From Stylophora pistillata (lineage: Eukaryota): 64,000 nucleotides of DNA. The notes under the pieces are model-generated. The model was not told where the DNA came from. It did no database searches and saw nothing but the letters and a program-made list of their open reading frames with translations. The DNA is taken from assembly GCF_002571385.2 (NCBI RefSeq), contig NW_019217824.1, positions 593,547 through 657,546 of the forward strand. The letters run 5' to 3'. A program made the translations under genes and the position numbers. Shown in pieces: positions 14,001 to 26,478 of the stretch (position 1 is its first letter; every line of letters begins with the position of its first letter).

Positions 14001-17000
14001 AAAGATGTCAATAACACTTGAAACTTCCTCGTGGAATTAAAAACCAACGCCCATTCAAAATATCTACATGTACATGTACTGTAGTACCAAGACTATACAA
14101 GAGAAGAGCAACAGCATAACAATTTCCTAAAGAAACTGTGCTGCATCAATGGCTAAGTAAAGCATAAAGTTCCTTATCAACAGAAAAACAAATTGACCCC
14201 AGAAACTAGTTTTCAATTAGGAATGGAGTAAAAAGTAATGGCACATAGATGGAAAAATGGCAGGCTCTCTTGCATTCTGGTCTTTTGATGTACTTGATAA
14301 CTGAAGGTTTCAAATAAATGTTATAGGAGAAAACCACTCTCAGAAAACAAAACCTGTCAGCTGACAGACAACTGACCATCAACTGACAGTTGGCCAACAG
14401 TTGGCCACAAGTCAGTAGAGGTGCGCTGTTCTTCACGATTACCCAAATAACAGCAGTCCATATAAAGTTCTTGTTGCAGTATTATTCACCACCCAGAAAT
14501 CATACGAAAGATGTAAACAACTCCAAATTAGGATTAATTGCCAGCCCAGTGGGTGACAGCACTGCACTGCTAATACAAGGTGAGATGATCATATAGTGCA
14601 CCTTGCAAGAATAAATTTCCACAGGAATTACATGTACATGCAGTATACAGTACATGACACAAACTGTGATGGGATTCCTACCATTCATTCCTTATTTAGA
14701 ACAGTTCAAATGAATTTGCTTTGTTTTCTTTCACTTACTAAAGAAAATCATTATAACTAGATCACATCTCACCCCCTCTCCTTAAGAATGACTCAGGCAG
14801 GAATGAGTGAAGCATTTTTATCTTTTCATTTGCCTGCTGCAGATCAAACTTTCTTAATTCATTCTCCACGGTCTGAAAAAATATGCATAAAATACATTTA
14901 ACAGTGCATGTTTAGTAAAAGTACATGTATGCCAGTCAATTACAACTAACAAAGATCTTCTACAAAATTTCAAAGTCAATAGGAGAACCATCTTGCTACT
15001 CCTTACAGAAAAGTTTCAGAACAAGAAACACAGACAAAGTTACATAAAAACTTAACTTTTGAGACACATACAAGTTAAACATTTACAACAGCATAGTATC
15101 CTGAGTGTTTTATACAGGTACCTTGGTATAGGTCTTCAACTCAGCTGCCTTAACTTTAAAGTCAATCATTTCAGGTGAAGGAATGTCGATGACTTTTTGT
15201 TTCTCTGAGTCTTCTTGCTGAACCTGCATAGCTCGGTTATTTTCCTAATGACAACAAAACAATTACAACAACTAATTTAATTTTTCCTTTAAATCTTGTA
15301 AAGCTTTATCACAGCAATTAATGAAAACTTTCTCTTCACAACGTGTAATAACAAAGAAGTTTCTTGATCCCAACTACTACATTTTAATCAATCAACTTTC
15401 AAAAACAAAATTGATCATCCATACCTGAAGTTTAGCCACCAGGTCTCTGAACTTAACAATCGTTTGCTGATGATCTCCAATACTTTCCTGAGCTGCCTCT
15501 AGTTTACGCTCCATCTAAGAAAAATGTAATGTAACAATAACAATAAAAACTTGCTAAATTACAACTTTAAAAGCAACAATTTTAAGTCCATGACTTCTAA
15601 TCCCATCAAGTTACTTTTTAATATCTTACTGTGGCAGGAAGACATTGAAGTGTAAACAGCTTTTAAAGTGTGAACGTGAGAATTTAGATAGCTTTACCTC
15701 ACGAACTTTGTTGTTGTTCATTTCCAGTTCTTCTCGTAGGTCATGTTCCGTTTGAAGGTGATTTTCCTCAAGTTCTTCATTCAAATCTCTGAGAGCTTCC
15801 TATGATTGGATTGCATAATTTTCATATTACTGTGATTACAACAGAAAAACTAAATAAACTTACTCAATCTGCTTTCATTAGGAGGTGCCTTTAAAAGCTA
15901 TCATCTACTAGATTTAAACTGGATAGGCTTTCATGCAGTTGAAATAAAATAAAGTTCTAAGGTGCAGTGATTGTACTCATGGATAAATTTCACTAACCAA
16001 GTCAGCCACATTCTCCCTTAGAGTGACAATTTCTTCTTCCAAGCTCAAGTTCTTATCAGTGAGAGTTTCCACCATTTCCTCAGCTCCCAATGCAGTATCA
16101 ACCTTTCATACAGAATGGAGAGACTCTCAATCCTTAGAACAAGCAAATTAAAATCAAACTACCTCATTAGAGCAGATAACACCCTAGAACAAAAACAGTG
16201 AGTACCTACAAAACTTTAATTTTTTCCAGAAGCCCAAGCCTGAAATGGTTATTTGGCATGTGCCCTGAGACCAGGGTGAATTTACAACTCTTGGGAAAAT
16301 GAGACAAGGAAAATTTCCAGTGCATTTTCTTGGTAATTCTTTTCTTGAAACAGACACAAATGGAAGCTATTGATTGTCATTCATAGCAGCTATGAACTTC
16401 AAGCAAAAAGGTTGAGTTTTTTTTTTTCCTGTACTGTTCTGCAGTTAAGGTACCCAGGCTATCTAGTAGCCCATACAAAGCAAATTAAGAAGTTGCAAGG
16501 AAAGGGATTTAAGAATGATCATGTACTTCTTACACAAACAAATATGGAATTACAAGGTAACTATGCAGAATGAGTTTTTCATAAATTATTTGATTGAAAG
16601 TTCCACCAGGTGAACAAAACTATATTCTTAGAAAAGTCAACTAGAATACCATTAAAAATAAATAGAAGAACTGTTACAAATACAAAGATGACAGACACAC
16701 ACCTGTTCTTTGAGTTCAGCCAAAGCCGTTTCAGCTTCCTAGAAATTTGAAGATGTAAACCTTTTATAATTTGCCACCTCACAATTTTAAAGCACAACCT
16801 TTGGTTCCCAAATACGTTTCATGCTTCATTAACCACTTACAAAACTCAGAAGAACCTTAACAACCCTCCAAAATATCATACTTGTTTCGTAAGATGTTTG
16901 TGACACAGGAGACAAAGGCAACAATCTGTTTAACATAATTTGTCTTTCAATAGAAACAGATGTCATGCAATTGAAAGGTAAAGTGGTGATATCCAGAGAA

Positions 17001-17094
17001 GCCTTTTGTTTATGAACACCTCAATGGTAACTTTCTAATAATTTGAATATATCAACAAAGTTGAAATGGTAAATTGGCCACCGTTACGGTTATA

Positions 17095-17126
<32 letters not shown>

Positions 17127-20100
17127 GGAGCCATTCACTCCGACGAAGGGCTAACGTTCGAANNNNNNNNNNNNNNNNNNNNNNNNNNNNNNNNNNNNNN
17201 NNNNNNNNNNNNNNNNNNNNNNNNNNNNNNNNNNNNNNNNNNNNNNNNNNNNNNNNNNNNNNNNNNNNNNNNNNNNNNNNNNNNNNNNNNNNNNNNNNNN
17301 NNNNNNNNNNNNNNNNNNNNNNNNNNNNNNNNNNNNNNNNNNNNNNNNNNNNNNNNNNNNNNNNNNNNNNNNNNNNNNNNNNNNNNNNNNNNNNNNNNNN
17401 NNNNNNNNNNNNNNNNNNNNNNNNNNNNNNNNNNNNNNNNNNNNNNNNNNNNNNNNNNNNNNNNNNNNNNNNNNNNNNNNNNNNNNNNNNNNNNNNNNNN
17501 NNNNNNNNNNNNNNNNNNNNNNNNNNNNNNNNNNNNNNNNNNNNNNNNNNNNNNNNNNNNNNNNNNNNNNNNNNNNNNNNNNNNNNNNNNNNNNNNNNNN
17601 NNNNNNNNNNNNNNNNNNNNNNNNNNNNNNNNNNNNNNNNNNNNNNNNNNNNNNNNNNNNNNNNNNNNNNNNNNNNNNNNNNNNNNNNNNNNNNNNNNNN
17701 NNNNNNNNNNNNNNNNNNNNNNNNNNNNNNNNNNNNNNNNNNNNNNNNNNNNNNNNNNNNNNNNNNNNNNNNNNNNNNNNNNNNNNNNNNNNNNNNNNNN
17801 NNNNNNNNNNNNNNNNNNNNNNNNNNNNNNNNNNNNNNNNNNNNNNNNNNNNNNNNNNNNNNNNNNNNNNNNNNNNNNNNNNNNNNNNNNNNNNNNNNNN
17901 NNNNNNNNNNNNNNNNNGACAACTCATCACGGCTTGTTCTGAATTTGCTTAGTACGTTAGTACGTTAGTACCTTAGTACTCGGTACGGACAACTCATCAC
18001 GGCTTGTTCTAAATTTGCTTAGTACGTTAGTACCTTAGTACTTGGTACAGACAACTCATCACGGCTTGTTCTGAACTTGCTTAGTACGTTAGTACCTTAG
18101 TACTCGGTACGGACAACTCATCATGGCTTTGGAAGGTTTATTACTTAGCCGTAAGACCTATTTGTTTTATCTTCTTTTTTAACCGATTATTTCCTAAATT
18201 TATAATTCCTTTGCATATATGTAGATAAACAAATAGAAGAAAGATAGAATTTTTAGGTTTATAATGGGCAAGAACAGCAGAACTTAAACAAGTCTGATCA
18301 AATCGGCTTAATTTTAATAGTACGTTAATCATCCGTACTAAGCGAAAAACAAGAAAAAAAGAATCCTATTTTAGGCATGGTCTATCCAAAGTAACCATGC
18401 AAGAAACTAAGAAAATTATACAAAACAAATGCTAAAAATGAGACATAGACAGGGGTTTCAGTGGGAACTGGCAAAATCGCAAAATTTGCTCTAAAAACTG
18501 CCACCTATTTTTCCTGAAATTAAAAACTTTGGAGTAAAGTTTGAACTTTTATTAGCCACCTACAGATGTACTTTGCTCTCTCTGACATCTGCTTAAAAAC
18601 TTATTGAAACCTTTACATTAATGTATTATAATGTATTTTACCTCTACCACTTAAAGAAAGGAGTAAAAACATAAATTTATCTTACATTACACAAGTATAG
18701 TACTTACCATAATCATCTATCCAAGACTAACCTTCTTTTGAAGAGCCATATACTCATCAGCTGATATTGCTGGTCCTGAAGACATCTTTCTTGGGCCTGA
18801 TGGCAAAGGAGTTGAAGCAGCTGCTGGAATCTTGCTCAGGGAACTGTTTGATGATAGCTCAGGAGCAGTAGTTGTGCTGGTTTTTGGTGTTGCTAACCTA
18901 GAGGAAGGTGGCGATGGTCTGCTACCAACATTCTCTAAGGAACCCCTTGACCCAAAAGACTGAAACAGTGAAGACTTCATAAAGTAAATAAGTTGCTGCT
19001 AAGTTTTATTGTCAGGCAAAAAAAAAAAGGATTTTACCAAGGAAATCCTAGCCTTAATAATTCATAATTGTGGCTATGAGATAAAGGAAAATGAGAATCA
19101 ATCTACTGTTGGTAAAATTTTTCTTCTTTTATGATTAAAATGTTTCTGCAACAGATATTAATAATATAGTGTTTAAGGGATCAAAAGGGCCTGTAATTAT
19201 ACATTCAAGCAACATGTGTTTCAACAAAACCAGTCAACAATAGAGGAAAAGTTCAATTTCATCTTTCAGTAGTATAACTGAGATCAATTATTTTTTAAAT
19301 TTTTTTAATCTATAGTAATTACTTCTTCAGAAATCCATGGGAATATGAACCCACTTGTATATACAACCACAAACACACACAAGCCATGCTGATACACAAT
19401 TTAAATTTGATGAAATAGTAACAGTGAATTGGATGAGGAAGGGGTCTTAAGCATCACAACAGCATGAAAGCATCACTCGTACACGTACCTTCTCTTTCCT
19501 CATTGATGATGGTAAAGGAATGGAAGTTCCTCCACCAATGCTGCTGCGAGTGGACGATCCACGCTGAGGTGATGGGGAGGTTGGTGCATCCTGAAGAACA
19601 GCTATTTGAGACTGACGCACAAAGATTCCATGGTTCTCAGCACATTTGAAATACTCTTTTCCCTGCACTAAATCATGAATGTACAAAAGAAATTCTTCGC
19701 CACCAGCAACATGTTACATACTGTTCTAAAATGAAGTTAGAGAGATAGTGTTTCTGAAAACATTTTTTATGATATAGCTCACAATACAAGTTGATGCAAT
19801 GAGGCAAATCCTGTTTAATGTTTGGTCAACCAAGTAGGCAAGTTTAACCTATCCTACCACCTTACACAAGTAGCTTGTTCTACATGAGATGCTTCCATCA
19901 TCAAAAAATATTACAAGAAAAGCCCATTAAATTCAAGTAGCCTGAGGAGCTATTTTGCAGAAAAAAGAAACCACAAAGGCACAAGTCCTGTAAATTAATT
20001 TACTTACCACACTAGCCTGCTTAAGTTGTACAAAAGAATATTGGCCCTCAGTTCATAATTATCACGACCTTGTACCAATATTTCCTATTACAGTCCTCAA

Positions 20101-23100
20101 GCTCAGTTTGTATGATTATGTAAAGTAAATATTTCTTTCCGCATGTGACTTTGGTCATGGTCATTTCATACCGAGTTGTTTCATACACAAATGTACTAGA
20201 TTTCGCTCCGACGAAGGGCTAACGCTCCAAACATCAGCTTTTATAATCGTAACGGTGGCCAATTTACCATTTCAACTTTGTTGATATATTCAAATTATTT
20301 CATTACCCCCACCGACGCAGCGCCAAACAGTTTCTTTAGAAACTATCAGCCTTAAGTAACTTTCTAAGCTGAACTGACCTGAAAAGCTTCAGAGAGCCTA
20401 TCCCTTTCATTCTGAAGGGTGGTGTTTCCACTCTGCAGATCTTTGACTTGTTTCTGCAAGGACTGCATCTCTGCTTTATCACTTGCCTGGACCTCTTTGA
20501 GTCTAAGGTTTTCAAAGCAAAACAATCAGTGTATAGATATGCATCTGTTCAATACTTGATTGACAGAAAAGGCAACATGTACAGCTGTCTAATGGCATTT
20601 CTATCTTAAATACACCTTTTTTCCAATGTTGGGGCCATGAATGTAAAGTGCTTTCAATTGATCATATCAACATGGTTGGGTTATGGAAAAAAGAATAACA
20701 GACCCTTCAATTTCTTTGAGTGCCAAACGGGATCATCATAAAACAGGGTTTGTATAGAAAGGATGATTACATTTACAGAGAACAGTTTAATTTAACATGA
20801 TTCCTTCCAATGGTAAATCAATTGTAGTGAAGACATGCAAGTTTCTCAATTATCCAATTTTTCACAGCATAGTACAAATTTTAAAAATGTAAAACAAGTT
20901 CTTCACATCCAACAGTACTTGCACATGTGTTCCAGAAGTCTACATGCAATGCAACCACCAGTTGATCTATTTTTAAAGATTTCAAAGCAAAATTAATTGT
21001 ACATTTTTAATGTCATTACTTTTTTCCACTTCATCTTTGGGCTTGCCAAAACATCGACATAAAATTAATGTAAGAAAATACAATTAACTGTACTAGACGC
21101 TTCAAACAACAAATGAGATAATACCTCATGATTGCTTCCTTCAGCCTACTATTTTGTTGCTCAAGTTGTTTGACCTGGGCATTTGCCGCAGCTCCTTCAA
21201 TTCCTTTTAAAGAGCAATATTGAACATTCAATTTGTTAACTCATGAGATTGGATCAATTACTGTAACATTTAACTGTGACACTTACTCAGTAAGTAGCAA
21301 ATTGATAACCCTTTAATTCTCACAAGTGACCAAGAAAGAATTTCTCCTTACAATATCTATACAATATCATGCAGACAAGTAATGAGAATAAAGATAAATA
21401 ACAATTATGGGATTACCTATTGATCCGATACCAAATTCTCCACACTAGCATAATGAGAATCATTTGGCAGACAGTTACAATAGGAGAATTACTAAATGAG
21501 ATCTTGGGAGTTAATCTTTAGAATGTCATAAATATTGAATGTGAAGGTGATGTTACTCAGTGATAAATACTTGGGTTTACTTCGGATAATTCACTAACAC
21601 TCAATTGAGATAACAATATTACCTCCTTCACTAACTTCATTCTTCAAAATTTCTAAGTCAAGAGTAACTTCTTCCAACTTGTCCTTCAACTGCTCATTTT
21701 CTTGCTGAAGGGATTCCAACTGCAAAACATTGTGCATTAAATCAAACCAGAATACATGTCAACCATTTGTGAGTATCACTTTATATTAACTTCACTCTGC
21801 TTCCTAGACTGTATATATAAAAAAATTAAAACATGAGAAGGCTCATGTTTCTGATTGCATCTAATCTGCATAATATTGGGTTAATGCAGCAAGGCATGAC
21901 AAGTATACCTATCTGTTGCACCTCAAGCTGTAGCCACAACAAGATCAAGAAATAAAAAAATCAATCAGTAGCCTCTTAATTTAAAGAATTACCTAATTTG
22001 AAAATATTCTTAATAAAGGAAAAAATGTTAACAATTTGGCAATTCAAAACTGTTTGGTATCTATCTCAGTCTCTATCTAATTACATGGTTCTAATAAGTT
22101 CATTGTAAAATGAATACCCTTTCTTCAGCCATCTCCTTATCCAGAGTTGCCATTTCCACAGCTTCTTGAAGCTCTGTCAATTCTTCACTGTGTTCTTGGC
22201 GATTCTCAGTGATCTCTTTGAGCTCCTGTTAAAAGGCCACAAAACAAAATTGTTATCCTTTCATGAAGTTCCAAACTAGAACTAGCATTTAACTTCCCAC
22301 TTGGAAGAAAACAGAGTTTACTTTCAATCTGTGTCCTATGCTTTTTTATTTCATACAGCACTAAAAGTATCAGTTCATTTGGATATGTATAAAGTTTTTT
22401 TTGAGTAAACTTTGTGAATGAAAATTCAACTTAAACCATTCCTTCCCTCCCTGTTCTCTTTCCCTTAAAGTGTCATAGTAAAGCTCACGTCACAAATATT
22501 TCAACCACAAAAGCAATTCAACAAATTTGGAAAGCACAAAGAAAGACAATTTGAGTGGTGTTGACTCTCAAGAGGGAAATGACAGACTTAACATCATCAT
22601 GCAGGGCTCGACACTAACTTTTCTAACTTACGAGCTAAGAGGCTAGTGACAACTTAGATGTTATGACAAGTTCAGTTTGTTTACTGGCCAAACTGACTAG
22701 TGGAAATTGAAAACCACTAGCCAAAACTGAATTTCTAATAGTCTGTGGCTAGTGGGCTACCGTTAGTGTCAAGGCCTGATCATGGTCAACAAGCTACAAG
22801 TACACTGTACATGTAAGTGCATGTTTTACGAATAGAACTTTAATCATTGTCCAAACCATGAGTTTGAATTGTAAAGAGTGATTTGGAGACGGGCTAGCTG
22901 CATGTAATCATAATTTCAGTCAATGGTTGCTGTGGAAATCTACGGACATTTGTTTGAAGCCTTGCTACAACATCCTAAAGCACTGCTGGCCTTATTATTT
23001 TTATTCCCATCAGAGTTTACCATCAGAATTTACCACAAAATAGAACAGAAATGGACACCGGTCTCCATATCCATCAGTACTGTTACTAAATCATTTTCAC

Positions 23101-26100
23101 TCTCAGGCACAGAGAAGCCTTGGGGCTATTAACAGCTTTTCTCAACTATCTTAGTGATGACTTAAAGTGAGACATTTTGTAACAAATGCATGTAAAATAA
23201 CAAAACCTAGCTGTTTTATGATTGTTATGTTTAACATGCATTAAAGATCAAGTGGTGAAACAAAATAAGTTACCTTTTTTGCCACATTCAGTTGAGCTTG
23301 TAAATCTCTCTGTGCTTCTTGCCATTTTGTCTTATATTCTTGCATCTAATTTCAATTGGTAAAATAATCAAATGACTTAAATGGATCATCACAGTACTGA
23401 GGTAATAGAGTTGTATTGATAATTACATAACTAAAATGAGGGAATATTAATGAATTTTTAAGTACCAATCAAGCTACACCGCTTCCTCTAAAAGCTTTTT
23501 AGAAACCATACTTTCCTTTCTCTGAAGGATTATTTTCTTCCTGTTTGTATAATCAAACTGACTGACTATTACTTTATTGACAAAAGGGCAGCTGGCAAAG
23601 AAGTTCATCCAATAAAACATGCCACTTAACCCTTTCACTCCCAAGATCTCATTAGCAATTCTCCTTTCTGGATGCCAAACAATTCTCATAAAGTTAGTTT
23701 GGTGAGTTTGACATTGGATCAACTAATCAACTAAATTCTGTTTTGGTCACTCATGGGAGTTTGGAGCAGAACAGCTTTTTCTACTTCTTCACAGTATTTT
23801 ATTTTAAAATTATAGATGAAGTTCAAGGATTAAAAAATGGATGTTCAAATTTCAAATATGAATTATTCAAAATTCCAGCAGAATAAAATAACATTGATTG
23901 ATGCTAAATTATTATGCAAACATAACAGTTACCAAGTGACACTAATGCTGATGAAGAATTTTAGAGAAACGTATGCAAAATCGATGGACAGAAAATTATA
24001 ATGTGGACTGAAAGAAGAAACTTCATCCACTTTTCCCTGCCCCTCTATTTTTAAGGTTATATCTTTATTATCCATTGGTGGAGCAAATATGTCTTAAAAC
24101 CTTAAAGTTACATATTCCTGGGTGCACGGGAATGAATTTAGAAAAACAGGTAAATTTAATCAAACTAGAAAAAAATGTTTATGGGTCAAAATTGTTAAAA
24201 ATCCACTGATGGAAATTGATGCCTTGCAGACATCTATTCCAATAAAAATTTTGACTTTAAAGGTCAAAGCTGGAAAAATTCAAAATTCATTAAGATAATT
24301 TTTTTTTTGCTATTTCACTTTGCCAGGGAAATGTGAGGTGTGTTTATCAATTAACGGGACTTCAGTGGACACAAAATGGACAACTGATTACATGTACATT
24401 TATTCCACCATTCAAGGGAGATTTACCACACCCTTCATTACCATGGCTCAATGCATATTTGATATTGGTTCTCCACATCCTGTTGATGTATCATCCACAC
24501 TGTACATGTTTTGAAACTAAAAAAGACTCGCGTAAAAAGCCAGCATTCAATTTAATTCTAGCTATCTATTAAAAAGGTTTTTCATTTTATCAGAACAGAG
24601 CCTACTCTGCTCCATTTTTAAGTTACTTAATTACCAAATGAATAATATTACCAGTACTAAGAGTTTGTTGTTCTAAAAAAGGGAAATTTCCAGTGAATAT
24701 GATGTATAACATGCAGACAAACCTGCTCCAATTGCATCCTTGCTTTCTCCAGTTCTTTCATTTTGGTCTTGTCCTCTTGTCTTTTACTCTTCAATGTCTC
24801 CAGTTTCTCCTCTAAATCAACCACAACCTTTTCTTTTTCTAAAACCTGCACACAGATATAACAAAATCTTTACAATTTAGATTTCACAGAAATTCTAGAG
24901 ATCATTTGATCTAGTCCAATGGGTTAAAGCAACAAGGCTCAAGGTGTGGGTATTTTACACTAAGTCTAGTGGAGTTTTCAATGACTGGGAACAGAACTAA
25001 GAAGTTATTCCCAGTGGATGTGATGCTGATACATAAAAAAGAACCGAAATAGAGGAAAGTTAAGAAAGTTAGTATATTCCCTCAGCTAGTGGACTCTTGC
25101 ATGTTCTGTGATGATGCAGGTATTTTCTTCCTGGTAATCACAACTTATTTTAGGTAGGGCTCCCAAAGTTTATGTTTCCAAAGTCATATCCTGCCCATGA
25201 TAGGAATGCTTTTCTGTAGATTTTTGCTCATTCATCAGTTCTACCGTACTAACAGCTTTCATCAGTACTACAGTACTAACAGTACTAAACCTCTTGCGAG
25301 CAAACATGAATACCTACATACTAGTGTACTAGCGTACTAACTACAACTCTCGAACGAGCAGGAATAACTACGTACTAGCGCATTAGCATACTAACTACAA
25401 CTCTCGACCGAGCAGGAATACCTACATACTAGCGTACTAGTGTACTAAGTAAACCTCTCAAGCAAGCAGAAATACCTATGTATTAGCGTACTAGCATACT
25501 AACTAAACCTCTCGAGCAAGCATGAATACCTACGTACTAGCGTACTGACTAAACCTCTCGAGCAAGCATGAATACTTACGTACTAGCGTACTAACTACAG
25601 CTCTCGAACGAGCAGGAATACCTACGTACTAGCGTACTAAGTAAACCTCTCGAGCAAGCATGAATACCTACGTACTAGCGTACTAGCGTACAAACTAAAC
25701 CTCTCGAGCAAGCATGAATACCTACGTACTAGTGTACTAGCATACTAACTACAGCTCTCGAGCGAGCAGGAATACCTACGTACTAGCGTACTAAGTAAAC
25801 CTCTCGAGCAAGCATGAATACCTACGTACTAGCATACTAGTGTACTAACTAAACCTCTCGAGCAAGCATGAATACCTATGTACTTGTGTACTAACAACAA
25901 CTCTCGTTCTTTTCATGCATGCCATGAAATTGAACATTTGATTTAATTAGTCTGTGAAAAAAGGAGTATATTGATAACCATTGGGGTTTGTGTTTTTGTG
26001 GTGTGGACCTTATTTTTAATGCGGTAATGTAGTGGAGAACTCGCACTGCTTTTTTTTGGTGATCTCAAACTGACGGTTTTCATTGAAATAAACCATTTAT

Positions 26101-26438
26101 GCATTGCAGTTTTTTCTTTAACCCTTTTAGAAACTATATTTTGGTAAAACAAAGTAAGCAATAAATCCTAATGAATCTTTAATAAACATGAGCTTGAGTA
26201 TGCTACCTTAGAGAACGTGAAAAATCCGAGATGTTAAATAAACTCGTTCTTATCCAACAAGCGGTAATAGAGTGTGGTTTCAACCTCAAACATTTTCTGT
26301 TTCATCTGTCCCTGAGAACACGGAGAAACCGTTTAGGGCAGTTTGTGTCATTGAGAAAAAGAATACCGTTAAAATTGCACTTGCAAAGTTTTGGAATTAA
26401 ATTATTCATAGAGATGTGTCTTATTAGATATTTTGTTG

Positions 26439-26478
<40 letters not shown>

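Noticed and set aside
17035-17930. Long ORFs of 295 and 259 aa
   Set aside because: They are translations of N runs.
18717-19686. Second DCTN1 paralogue or true exon duplication
   Set aside because: Sequence matches 27497-28466 including introns, lies next to a gap, and the TSD logic points to mis-assembly.
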